Below, piece by piece: positions 50,476 through 62,395 of a stretch of 64,000 bases of DNA. This DNA is from Tricharina praecox (lineage: Eukaryota). Location: assembly GCF_024521635.1 (NCBI RefSeq), contig NW_026250431.1, positions 186,001-250,000 on the forward strand, read 5' to 3'. The position numbers and the translations under genes are program-made. Positions within the stretch are counted from its first letter, which is position 1. Every line of letters begins with the position of its first letter. Under the pieces are notes generated by a model, which did not search any database, was not told the origin of the DNA, and worked only from the letters and a program-made list of their open reading frames with translations.

Positions 50476-52326
50476 GGTGAAAGTTGTGGGAAAAAAGGGT
50501 TGCTGTGGAGGAAGAAAGAAGTTCAGGGGATTGTTGCTATCTGGATGGTGATAGAAGCAGGAGGTATGGAGTGGGAAAGAAGGAAGGATGGTTATCGTCG
50601 ACGGTTTTATGAGAGCAGCAGAGCCTCACCGAGTTCTGAACGTCAATGGCACTTGGTAGTTGAGCGTCGTTTGCGTAGGCTTGATTCACTCTCACCACGC
50701 CCGTCGGCTGGTACATCACGAGTAACGTGACAATCGATGTGGTTGAACGCCTTCCGGAACTACCAAATGACATAGACGACGATGGCACACTAATATTACA
50801 GCGGCTACTGTCCATCTGGCGGTAGGATGCTCCACAGTGCGTTGGCTGGTGAAGGAATCGACCCACCTGAACCACGGCCACCAGCAGCAGTTTTCGAAAT
50901 TCGACATCGTCAGTCCTGACTCTTGCCCTTAGCGCTCGATGTTTTTCCGATTGGACTGTGTCATACATTGACAAAAACAGCTGCGATTTGGGTTTCGCAG
51001 GCTGGAGTGTGATTGGTTCATCCGGCAGAGATAGGCATGTGTCTCGACTCTCGACATCGCGGTTCGGCCTACAATAATCTTCTCTACCGACATCAATGAA
51101 TGTTTCGTTGCTTAGTCACTTACACGGTCATGACGGGGGAAGTACTGACCGCCTATCACCCCTCTTTTCTGTCTTCCCTCGAGGCTTTTAGAATCTCTCA
51201 ATACAATACTTATTCATCACATTCCAACAAGCTCATCACACCCGATCACGAGTGCTAAGACATGAAGCGGTGGATTGTGATGTGGCAAGGGAGCTGCACA
51301 ACAGCAAATGGTACGACAATTATCGATCGCACCGACTGAACCGATTAGCTCGAGGCTCTTTACAGCACGAAGATGAAAATACATAGGCACCATAGCATGA
51401 AAGCCGGCGCTAGTAGCTACAGCAGGGACCGCCTAACTGACGCCAATCCTCGGTTTCGAGAGTATCACCTGACCAGATTCCATCCGCCTCAATCAACAGA
51501 AACGGCACACAAAAAACCTACGTTGAACGCGCACAGTAATATATATATGGCGGGATGTGCAGTATATATCATAGCGTTCAGGTGCAGGGAATAGGTACCA
51601 GACGACTTCGGAGGTGTCGGGATGGGCTATGGTGGCTGCTGAAAATAATGGGTATGCCGCCGAGGGTCGACAGTGAGAGACCCAAAAACGGGTGAGAGGC
51701 AGAACCGTGATCAATGGAATTTGGAAAAGAGGTCTATGATGGTGATGTCATGGTGATGTACAAGATGAGTGTCTGATATGTATGTAAGAGACCGAACGAC
51801 GAACAGCCTCCAGGTGTCAGGAAGAACAGAAACAGCGACAACAGAAGCAATCCAACGTTCAACGACCGCAGCGGGCGGGACGTGGCCATACCTGAGTGAG
51901 ACCAATGATCCAAGGAGCGGGACCCTACCGGGTCTGAGTGGGACTTTGTCGGACTTTGAGTGGGACCCACTGATGGAGGAGCGGGACTTTGTACTGACCT
52001 GGCAAGACCAGCTGTCTTGGAGTGGAGCGGAGTGGCTGCTGTGGACATCGTATGTAGGGACGGAACTTCGCCGATGGCGACGGCCTTACCCCCTGCGCTG
52101 CGATCACCGCTGCTGCTCGAGGTTTGTTGCGTGCTCGATCACTCTCGACGTTCTCTGATACGCCGGATCGTTGCAAGCCGGGCGCGGTGGAACGAGAGAA
52201 ACGAGCCGAGTGCGGTTTGTTTACACCCCGACGACAGAGGAAGCCAGTGTAAACAAGCAGCGCAGCACAGGTCCGAAATTGGTTGCAGCAAACTTTAGTG
52301 AGTGTAGCCAACAGTACATAAGGGTG

Positions 52327-52330
<4 letters not shown>

Positions 52331-52364
<34 letters not shown>

Positions 52365-52368
52365 CCCC
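52331..52368. repeat. Poly-C tract (31 consecutive C)
   Basis: Directly visible at 52331-52361, followed by TCCCCCC. Confidence 0.85.
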
Positions 52369-52566
52369 ACCAGCTCACGAGGTAGTAAGAGTCAAAGACT
52401 ATTCGATCGAACATACACACACAAATGGTTACCCGCAGTGCAACAAGACGAAAGGAACTCATTACAACATCAACAGAGGTACGTTTTTATTCCAGAAGGT
52501 GATCGCCACTTGTTTTGGATTCTAACAGCGGGGATAAGAATTCGAAAATCATTACCTATCGCCTCT

Positions 52567-52740
52567 ATGTCTATTAGTCGATCCAAAATGGTGAAGGACT
52601 GCTGGGGTAGCCGCCTCATTTTCCAGGCTTCCTATGGATTGCGTATGACGCCCTCGGATATTGAGGAGGGCAATAGGATCCTGGATGCAATGATGGAAGA
52701 CGACAGCAGTGGGGATATGCACGAAGACAAGAGTGAGTGA
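52567..52740 (+). CDS. 57-aa microprotein, copy 1
   Basis: MSISRSKMVKDCWGSRLIFQASYGLRMTPSDIEEGNRILDAM. A putative 5'-UTR intron (GTACGT..CTAAC..AAG) lies at 52479-52538, and a paralog follows downstream. Confidence 0.65.
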   Translation: MSISRSKMVKDCWGSRLIFQASYGLRMTPSDIEEGNRILDAMMEDDSSGDMHEDKSE

Positions 52741-52875
52741 GCCATGGGGACGGGGTGCAATTGTTCACTTGACCGGATATGCAACTGGATGATTGCAATA
52801 GAGATGAGGAGTATGAACGAATTGATGGAAGATGACAGGAGTGGGGATATGAATTCGAACATCGCTATCGTTGCC

Positions 52876-53040
52876 ATGCCTAATACTCGTAACAAAATGG
52901 TGAAGGATGGCTGGGGTAGCTGCTACATTTTCCAGTCTTCCTTTGGATTGCGTATGATTGAGGAGGGCAATAGGATCCTGGATGCATTGTTGGAAGACGA
53001 CGATGTTGGGGATATGCACGTCGACCAGTGTTCTACATAG
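52876..53040 (+). CDS. Microprotein copy 2, C-terminus replaced by a MITE insertion
   Basis: MPNTRNKMVKDGWGSCYIFQSSFGLRM----IEEGNRILDALLEDDDVGDMHVD|QCST*; the original KSE* resumes after 53225. Confidence 0.55.
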   Translation: MPNTRNKMVKDGWGSCYIFQSSFGLRMIEEGNRILDALLEDDDVGDMHVDQCST

Positions 53041-53217
53041 GCCAGTCCCGACCAAATTTGGGTATGGTCTGGTCGGTCGGGATATATCCCGTCTAAAAAA
53101 AACTCTGGTCTGGTCGGTCGCGATATATCCCGACTAGAAAAAAATCAGGTCTGGTCGGGTTGGGTTATATCCCGACTAGTCCGGTCGGCCTACCGGTCTG
53201 GTCTATGTAGAACACTG
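53026..53217. mobile_element. hAT-type MITE, 192 bp
   Basis: TIR CAGTGTTCTACATAG(G/A)CCAG (19/20 match); perfect 8-bp TSD ACGTCGAC (53018-25, 53218-25); internal GGTCTGGTCGG..TATATCCCG repeats. Confidence 0.92.
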
Positions 53218-54343
53218 ACGTCGACAAGAGTGAGTGAGCCATGAGAGCGGGGTGTAACTATTCACTTGACCGGATATGGAGCTGATGATTGCAATAGGGA
53301 TGAGGAGTATGAACGATGATCGTATGGTTGAGCCGAGAGGAAGTGGTGCGAATATCACGGAAGGATCGATGGGACAAGCCGGTCCGGCGGGCGAAGGAGC
53401 GAAGTCAAAGGGACAGCTGAAGAAATAAGGACAACGGGAGAATGTGGGGCGGTATAATTCATGGTAGAGAACTTGTCGTTGTTTGTTTGTCACGTGCGAA
53501 GCAGGTGCCAGCCATTTAGCTCTGTACAGGCTTGCTTGGCTTGGCCACTTGTAAGCTTTGGGACTTTCCAGCCTTAAAAAGAGAGCTGTCGAGACTCGAG
53601 TCTCGAGCTGCAGGGCACCTATTCTTAGACAGAATCGCACGCATCACATGATCATCACTCGCACCCGCCGAAACAAGATGTATTGTCTAATGCAGGTAAA
53701 GTGAGCAGGAAAATGCGAATACCCTGCCCACTAAGCAATAGAGTGGCAGGCTTGTCAATAGGTAGTCCTTCCGCCTGGCGCCCGGTCGTGTACAACCCCG
53801 GCCGTCATTTCTGACGGTCTCTCGTGGTTGTTATTTTAGCAGGATTATCCCCAGCAGTTCCTTCTCGCCTTCACTATTGCTGGACTGGTAACCGTAAGGG
53901 CCGCCTGCGACGCACGTATAGACTGTACCAAAGACATCATAGGATACCCATCTGTTAGGTCCCCATATGCCAAGCATCAGTTGAGGTCAAATGATATGTT
54001 TTGCGCCATAGAGAGAGAGAGAGAGATCTTCAGTTTATTTCGCATGCAGCCTATCTAGACTATGGCGAACCGTCGCACTCCTTTCCTGCCCACTTTGGCC
54101 GCTGTCATGCGCCATGTGCTTACCAATGACGTTCATCGTGTAAGCAACGAGTGAGATGGAGTGAGGAGGTTTGCAACTCGCGCAAACATAACCATCACTC
54201 TGCCACCCAACCAACCACCAACGCGCGACGAGCAAAAAGAAAACGTCAAAATCTGGACTTGAACCGCAGCAAAAGAGCGTCCTCCCCAAGGTTGCTACCC
54301 TTGTAACGGTGTGGATCTTGAGTACCGGGCGCCGGTACCTTCA

Positions 54344-55968
54344 CCCTGGGGTACAGGTCATGCGGCTTTTCGCATTTACACTGAATCAGCGCGCCCTAAA
54401 TTGGCTGTTGATAAATAGGCAAAACAAGGTGATTATCAACCGGCTCTAATCCGGCCATAAAGGGCTCTAATCCGGCCATATTCCGGCCATTCCGGCCATA
54501 CTCCGGCCATATTCCGGCTCTACTCCGGCTTCAATAGGGCTCTACTCCGGCCATAATAGGGCACAGTTGATTAACTGGCGCTGAGAATATTAGGCCTTTA
54601 GGAGCTCATATGGCTGGCCTAAACGATTATACGAGCGGGAACTGCTGTTTGAGATTGCTGTGGTTCTAGCTATTGCTGCTCGCCCCATATATCCTCTCCT
54701 CCACTCCCCCCCGCTTTCCCCCGCTCGCCGGCTTCCACCCCGTCATCTTAGCACACATTCAACTGACCGGCGTGCTGAATACACAGTCTGTCAGTACCGG
54801 CGATGACAGTGGGACATCCGCGGCTACACAGGCCTGATAGTGTTGGACAGGATAGGAAGGGAGACGTACCGGCTACAAGACGGCCAGGTGCTGTTAGACA
54901 GCGAAGGAGGGCGAGGACAGTGTGCATTAGCGGCGATGACAGTAGGGTATCCGCAATGAAGCAGCTCTGTAAGATAGCATGGGAACATGATGCGTACCTG
55001 CTGTAAAAAATAGTGAACGACGGTGATGGACGAGCTATCGACGAAAGGAGGAAGCGGGAGAAGGAGCTGTTGGCGAGATGAGGAAGAGATGGCGGAGCTG
55101 TTAGCGAGATGGGAGGAGGAGAAGAGGAGAAGAAGAGCTGTGGCGAGATGAAGAAGTGATGGAGGAGCTGTTGGCTAGACGAGAAGAGGATAGGAGGAGA
55201 GGAAGAGCTATTGGCGAGATGAGAAGAGGAGAGGAGAAGAGGAAGAGCTGTGGCGAGATGAGGAAGCGATGGTGGAGGAAGTGATGGAGGAGGAAGCGAT
55301 GGAGGAGGAAGTGATGGAGGAGGAAGCGATGGAGGAGGAAGCGATGGAGGAGGAAGTGACGGAGTAGCCGTGGGTGCCGGTGAGAGGATGACGTCGTGAT
55401 GGAGGACCTGTCGGCGGGAGGAAGCGAATGTGGTTAGTAGTGGACATCAACATTGGTGGGCATGGCGGGGAGGCAATGGTGGGGCCGGCCGAATAAGAAG
55501 AAAATGGTCCATTTATCCTTGGTCGCCTGTTCGTCGCTCGAGCCGGAAGCCTAATGAGCGGTAAGGTATCTTTTTACCAACGGATGCCCGAGGAGAGTGG
55601 TGGAGAGACATTGCATTTACTGCTAATCGCCAGTTTACGCCTCAACACCAAATCAGGCTTCTGCCCAATCGACACATTGAGTACTGAGAGCCATATTAAG
55701 TATAAGAGCCCAATTTGGCCATCGTGAGCTAGCCGCAATTACTACCAACCGCCTATTGACTCGACTTCGCCCAATTTGACCATCGTGAGCTGGCCGCAAT
55801 TACTACCAACCGCCTATTGACTCGGCTTCGCCCAAATAAAAATTGCCGGTTTATCAGCAGAAGCCTGATTTGCCAGTGCAAATGAGCCGCACTTTGTGCT
55901 AATAACCAGTTTACATGCAGACTTGCGTTTACTTAAATGCGGATTGCCGCATTCCTTGTACCCTAGGG
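54344..55968. mobile_element. Non-autonomous TIR DNA transposon, 1625 bp, 3-bp TSD (TCA)
   Basis: 35-bp TIRs CCCT(G/A)GGGTACA..ATGCGGC..CGCATTTA (28/35 match); TCA at 54341-43 and 55969-71; a single TCA at the empty site 46777-79. Confidence 0.88.
55708..55835. repeat. 61-bp tandem duplication inside the TIR element
   Basis: GCCCAATTTG(G/A)CCATCGTGAGCT..CTATTGACTCG(A/G)CTTC starts at 55708 and 55769; GCCCAA recurs at 55830. Confidence 0.85.
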
Positions 55969-56229
55969 TCACCACTTCGGAAATTCACTCCAATTGAGCT
56001 ATGATCACCGCTTGTGATTTCCCTTGATTTCTAATTCATGAACCCGACTCCGAAGCAAGCGGAAAACACAGCTACCAACCCCAACCCCAACAGCCAACCA
56101 TTTTATTCCGGGTACCTTCCACCAGGTAGGAAATTCGCTCCAAGTGAGCCATGATCGCCGCTGGTGATTTCTCTTCAACTCGTCGTCATAGCCCCTGCAC
56201 CGCGGCCTACAAGACAAAACACAACTACA

Positions 56230-56620
56230 CTCATCATCCGCACAATCCACAAACACAGTACCCTGCCGGGCACTCCTGATCGGCTCTAGATGCGTCGCTC
56301 CCCGCCTCGGCCTCCTCTGCTATCGTTGGGATTTTCTTCGCCACGTCCATCCGTCGTCCTTAAGTATTCTAGCAGTGCTTCCGAGTAGCGCTCATCTGCA
56401 ACAGGCTTGCCATACTCCATTTCCTCTTGTCCTTTCCGGCCTCCTTTCTGATCTTCTCCCACAGCCCTCTCTGTTATAATTAGGCTCGCCAACTTGTGCA
56501 GTTCTTGAACAGGTATTCCCCTGTCTGCTTGGAAGTGTTGCACCAACACCAGTACTGGTCTTCGTCTCGCTGCTTGATTCACCGAGTTGGTGTTCCTCAG
56601 AGAGCGGGAACACACAGTCT
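56230..56620 (-). mobile_element. Degenerate LINE (Tad1-like) ORF2 C-terminus
   Basis: Reading across stops and a frameshift gives DQYWCWCNTSKQTGEYLFKNCTSWRA..GLWEKIRKEAG..KWSMASL.ADERYSEALLEYLRTT, resembling the post-RT zinc knuckle and tail of fungal non-LTR elements. Confidence 0.7.
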
Positions 56621-56912
56621 CACTCGTGCGTGCGAGCGAGTGCTGTTATCGCGGGTCTTTCGGATATCACTCGTGGTTGCGAACGAGAATGTATGATGCA
56701 TGGTTCACTGATATAAGGCTTGGTGGTCTAGGCAATAATTGCCGCAAGCTACGTTTACTTTGCAATAACCTGCCCGTTTGCTGTCTTAATCTGCTCAGCA
56801 GAACTAACGACCAAGTTTAGCATGTTCGGCTTCTGTGTGGAGTGATTGAATTAGATTACATACGTAACCTAGAATGCCTTGGTACTTAGGTGGGGGATGA
56901 GGCAAATACCTA

Positions 56913-58448
56913 CCATATTGAGCCGTGTACTAAAGTTAAAAGCATTATGGCAGCCACATCTGAGGGCGATTTTGGCACTAGAGTTTTGGGGAAAAAATAG
57001 TAATATTAGTATTTTTTCCCCAAAACTCTTGTCGTAAAATAAGGCTTAGTCAGGGTTTTCAAATTCCAGCTCTGATTGTTGAATATGGCTTCCTCAATCC
57101 TGAGTGCAGTGAAAATCAGTCCCGGCTCGTAAGCCTTCTACAACCACTACGGGCCCGCCCGCCTTGGAAGTTCATAAGAGTTCTATATGGGCTCTGTAGG
57201 GAATCTTGAAAAATAAGGATTAGTATGGCTTATACGCTCATAAGTATTCCCTAATGACTTCTTCTGCGACAAGCCTCATCTCTTGCAATGCTTATGACTT
57301 ATCGATGCTCTTCATTTCAAGATGATTATCACTTGTTTCTTACCTTATACACCTAAACTACTCTTCTTCCCCGCTTCCCAGTCCCCCCGCCACCATTCCC
57401 ATTCCATCTCCTGCTCACCATAGTACTGTGTTCCCGTACTGCTCCTCGTCATGGATAACTTGCTGGCTCCACCGCGGATATAGCCCTGGCTGCGCTGTGA
57501 AAAGTTAGTAGCACCGTACCACTGCTCATCGCCGCAAATGCTATGCTGGCCTCGCCGCAGTGGACTCTATCGTGTCGCCTTGAATCCCATTGTCCTATAG
57601 CTAGTCAGCATCGTCGTTCAAGTTGGTTCTACGGCTGTGGTGGAGTGAAGAATGAGTTGTCTGTGAGAGGACAAGGAGTTGCGGCGAGAGGAGGAGTTGT
57701 GGCGAGAGGAGGAGTTGTGGCGAGAGTAGGAGCTGTTAGAAAGAGGAGGGGGGGCTGTTGGCGAGGAGGTGCCGTGGGCTTGGGGGTTTTAAACTTCAAA
57801 ATAAGCTTCACCATATCTGTCCTCAGAAAACTCTGTAGGACATTATCTGGCGGGTTTGATGTTTTCCGAGATGCCCCTCTCTCTCTCTCATCATCATCTA
57901 CAGAATACCTAGACGGCCAACCTCCCATCTCCGCTCTCTCCTCTCACCCGCCGTCGCCGGTGTCAAGCAGGCTGATTTTCGCATATGCACTACTAACTCA
58001 TAAGAGTGATAGAACCCATGGGGTTGAATAAAGCTCATCGAAGGCTTGTATAATGGTTTGAAGAAATCGAGCGTGCGGGGCTCTAAGGATTTTCTGTCTC
58101 AACTGATATGTTCCTATGATGCTTCACAAACCTTTCCAGTTTCACAGTCACTATTGTACGGCAGGGCTGTGCACTTCAACAATGACGATATAGGCCTGAA
58201 AAAAGCCATGGGGCTTATAAAATGAGAAGGCCGATTTATGCAATGGTGGTTTTCGCTGCATAGGCATTATGTAGGAGTTATGAGAATTTTAGGGAAATGA
58301 GAACATCAGCCTTATTTTGACATAGTCCTCACGGAGGGCCTTACGAGTTCAACGTGCTTATAGCTGGATTATACGAGGACTGTTTTATTTCATAGGCCTA
58401 TTCAAGGCCTACATAAGGCTAACGACTTTAGTACACGGCTCAATATGG
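56913..58448. mobile_element. Non-autonomous TIR DNA transposon, 1536 bp (Tc1/mariner-like?)
   Basis: Perfect 24-bp TIR CCATATTGAGCCGTGTACTAAAGT (56913-56936 / 58425-58448); left flank TA, right flank AA; no intact transposase. Confidence 0.82.
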
Positions 58449-59077
58449 AAGATACACAGCCCCCTACCTTACGAGAGATTCAAGAGAACTTTAAATGAAG
58501 GTTCGACGACCTCTCGGAGGTGGCTGTGTTTTAGTGTTTAGGAAAGAAGCATGGACGTAAGGATGAGACTAGGTACACTGCTTGTCGACTCCTGGTGAAT
58601 GGTACCGATATCACTCGCACTACACAGTCCACTAAATCCTTTCGACTACCGTATGGACAAGGAGGTGATTTGAGGTCAATTACCTCATGTGATAGTTGGT
58701 AGCCAGGCAGCAACAGCATAAGAAACCAGCCACCGGTGACTGTTCAATCGCAGAGAAACAGGTGTTTGTTCTACTCCTCCCTTCTTCACCACTCCACATC
58801 CCCACAGCTCCCTCCGCACGGTAATCTGCATTCCATTTTCGAACCATAGTCCAATACGAAGGGTCTAGGTCTGTCTGGTCTTATTCTCCTGTTGTTTATG
58901 ACTGCCCACAACTGGCCCTGCTTGGACATGAATGCTGACGGGCCCAATGATACTCTAGTTAATCGGATACTGCTTACAGCCCCGCGTAGCCACCTAACCA
59001 CTACCACCCGACGAACCGCACCCGCGGCCAACCTACCTCATTCACACAGCCGTCCCACCCATACATACCGACTAGCA

Positions 59078-59597
59078 ATGTCCAGCACTCGGCCGACGAA
59101 GCGACTCCGCGCGGGCCCCACACCCACACCCGCAGCCACACCCGCCGCCTCACACGACCGGCCCAATTCCGCGGCAGAACCGTCAGTAGTTCACGATAGT
59201 TTCGACGTGCCACCGGCCTGGCACCGAGCGGCGATGATGGGCGACGTGGACGTGGACACGCTCGACGTGCTGCAGGAGACGTGGCAAAAGGTGCACCAGC
59301 TGAACGCGAAGCTTGAGGCGCTGGTCGCGACGTCGAGCTTGAACCTCAACGTCGACTCCACTTGGTTGGAGAAGGAGTTGCGCGCTGTGCAGACGGAAAC
59401 GAGGAAGTCGCTGGCGGAGTTGAAGGTGAAGATAGGGGTGAGTTGCCTGAGATACCTGAGATACCCTCGCCGTGTGCACTGTGTGTGCGGCAGCGGATCG
59501 GCTGATGATGGGTGCATCGCGGTAGGAGCGCTACAAGGCGTATCTGCACAGTGTGTTGTGCTTTGATGAGCCGCTGCGAGAAGAACTCGCTACCTGA
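59078..59597 (+). CDS. Hypothetical coiled-coil protein, 143 aa (intron 59438-59525)
   Basis: GCAATG start, NLS-like RPTKRLR, heptad-rich helix; a GTGAGT..GCTGAT..TAG intron gives in-frame ERYKAYLHSVLCFDEPLREELAT*. Confidence 0.7.
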
Positions 59598-60928
59598 GCT
59601 CGCCCTCGGGCCTCAATATCAGGGCCTTGCTACGGCTCCTAGGAGCATACGTTTGTACGAGGGAATATTGAAATGCTGTTTTTGTTGTTTAGCTGTTGTG
59701 TCGTTTTCGACTACCTAGGCGGTCCCTCGGTAATGTGGTAATTAATCGGTTTTATTTCGCGGAGAGGCCGAAACGGGCGGCCCCCACTTCCAGCGCTGAA
59801 ATTCGGTTCTGCCACTTTGTTTCTTTCTTTTTAATCTCTGATTCCATGTGACCTAGTTAGATTATGGTAATATGTACGTTAAGAGGGGGGGGGGAGAGGG
59901 GCGGCTTTGGAAGAAAGCAAATAGCCAGCCGAGTGCTATCACGTGAGTCTACCGAAGATCCTTCGGCAGCTACAAGGTAGAAACCTTAACCTATGGTGGC
60001 GATTGCCGTTCGTACCTTCCCGGCCATTAGCACGGTAGTTCTCATCATGGGGGTTATCCCTGAGGGGAAGGAAGGTACTGGGACGTACCGGTACCCACGC
60101 CGCGGGGATTTTCTGCGCGGTTATATATCACTCGGCTGGCTGTTTATTTCCTATAAACTGGAAAAAAATGTGTGATGGAGCTGATTGATCTCTTAGGAAA
60201 CCTGGCTATCGTATTGAGAGCTGTCCCTCGAGGTGGTTTCCTTCGTCAACACAATAGCACTGTCCAACGCCTATGAAGGTCATATACAGCTTCCCCGCAC
60301 TACATATGTATGACCAACATGTGGGGACTAGATATTGAGACATTGCTTCGTCAATGATCGCCATCGATCGCCATGTAGCCGATGCAGTGTGTCCATTGTC
60401 CGCGCAGCATCCACAGACCGCGACTCCCACGGGCCACAGCACAGTTAGTATGTAGGTGCATACTCTACACATAGCAGAGAGCTTTTGTTATCTTTGAAGT
60501 CACCAGTACTGGGAGCAAAGCAACGTTCATCGGACTTCACGCCGATGTTTATTCCGAGTTCGGAAGCACTTCTTCATAATCTACCTAGTGGATGTGCGTT
60601 TCCAGTCAGGACGAATGCTCGTACGTGGTTTTAGAAGGCCGGAGATGAGGCAGAGGGTGTCTTTTGCTTTTCTTTTGTTCAATCATCATAGCATTCGACT
60701 CTAGTAGATCATGGCTGTGTATTTTACATGTCCGTTTCCACCCCACTGTCTCCGACCGCCGGTCGTGAGCCTTTTTTTTATGTGCCGTATCCCCCTTGCG
60801 GGTGCAAGGGCAACATGTTTTGCACCTCAGTCAACCAGTATCCCAGGAATTGCCCCGGCTCCATATCAAAAAATATACACAGCTTTTCAACGCCCCAAAT
60901 CTCAACGTGATTAACGAATCCACCCCAA

Positions 60929-62395
60929 CTATTTGAAGTCCTTGTAACTCCACTTCTCGGTCGATGATCTCTTCGCCTTCTTGGCATAGATTATGGGTGT
61001 CCTTCCCTCAACTATGCCGCGTTCCCTCAAACTGCGGAATCGATCACCCAGCAGGTTACCTTCAGGTTTGAGGGTTCGCAGAGAGTCCGCCAGCTCATCA
61101 GGCAATTGCACCTCCAGAGGAGCACGGGGCAAACTGTACAAGCAGACATTAGCAGTGAACCAGCAAGACAGGTTGTGAGGATGGAATATCGTACTGAGCC
61201 TTTCCGAGTCTCTTCTTTCGCATGATCTTAGGGTTCTTCTCGTCGTCGTCCACAGACATCTTGGCGATGGCCTTCGCCATCCGGAGCTTCTCTTGGTACC
61301 TGATCTCCCGGGCATACTTCTTGACCAACAACAATTCTCGCTCCTGCTGTTTCACCTTCTTGGCCTCGGCGCGCTGCTTTTCCTGCTCCTTCTGTTTGAT
61401 GGCCTTATTCTTTTGCGACTGCGTCTTGCGTTTCGCCTCCCTCCTCTCTGCGCTGTCCTTGCTCCCACCTTCTTCCTCGTCCTCCGATTCGTCGGAATCC
61501 TGCCAGCCCTCGGGGTCGCTCAACATCTCGACATCCGGAGCATCGATTATCGCCTGCATTCTTGCCTCCTCGGCCTCCTCCGCAATCCGCTTCTTCTCCA
61601 GCTCCACCTCCTTCTCTCCCTCCTCGCGCAGCAGCTTATCCCACATCTCGAAGTCGGGGTTGTACGAGACACCGCCCTCTGGCAGCCTAACCGCAGGCAC
61701 GGATCCAATCGCCGCAAGAGCAATCGGCTTCCGCTTCAGCGTCGCAGGGGCCTTGGGCTTATGCACCTTCTCGACGAAGTCGAGCCCCTCCAACTCGATC
61801 TCGGTCTTCTTCTTGAACTTCTCTTCGGCCTCGGTTCCCCAGGCATCATAGTCCGGGACGACTTTCCTCTCAGCGACGAGCTCTGGGCCGGCGGCGCGCG
61901 ACGCGCCTCCATACGCGATCTGCCGCAGCCGCTGCAGCTGCGCAAACGACACGCCGTCCTTGCGCTTCGCCTTCTTGACGAGCACGCCGTCGGTGACCGC
62001 ACCGATCCGCTTGCGCGTGTCCACGGCCGGGATCGCCGACCGCGCCGCAAGGATTTGGTCGCTCTTGAGTGGCTTCAACGTCCGCGCCTCGCGCCGCACG
62101 ATCGCATCGTCCCCCCCAAAGTCCATCGCGAAGAGAAGGTCGTCCGACTTTTCCTTGATCACTCCACTGTAAGTGCGTGCGAGCGGTGTCAGCTTCATTT
62201 CATTGACACTACCGGCAGGAGCATGGCGGGGTCGTGGTGGGGGTGAATCGCAGTGGATACTACATACCCTTGAGTAATCTCCTCGCGCACCTGCTCGAGG
62301 CCCGTCTCGACCGCACTGATGTCAACATTCTTGCGCCAGGCCTTTTTTCCCTTGCGGGAGGGCTGCTTTGATTTTCCCGGGGGTGCAGTCGACAT
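60929..62395 (-). CDS. NOP53: 60S biogenesis factor Nop53/GLTSCR2 (3 exons)
   Basis: KQPSRKGKKAWRKNVDI, arch-interaction-like LFAMD, LKSDQILAARSAIPAV, SYNP, LEVQLPDELADSLRTLKPEGNLLGDRF, EKWSYKDFK*. Confidence 0.94.

Larger units (their letters stand above)
54192..56170 (-). repeat. Dispersed structured repeat, copy 2, split by a TIR element
   Basis: 54192-54343 and 55969-56124 are the two halves of 46611-46932; an extra partial head copy lies at ~56128-56175. Confidence 0.8.

Noticed and set aside
54440..55835. CRISPR-like array
   Set aside because: These are tandem or subterminal repeats without unique spacers, in a eukaryotic context with no cas genes.
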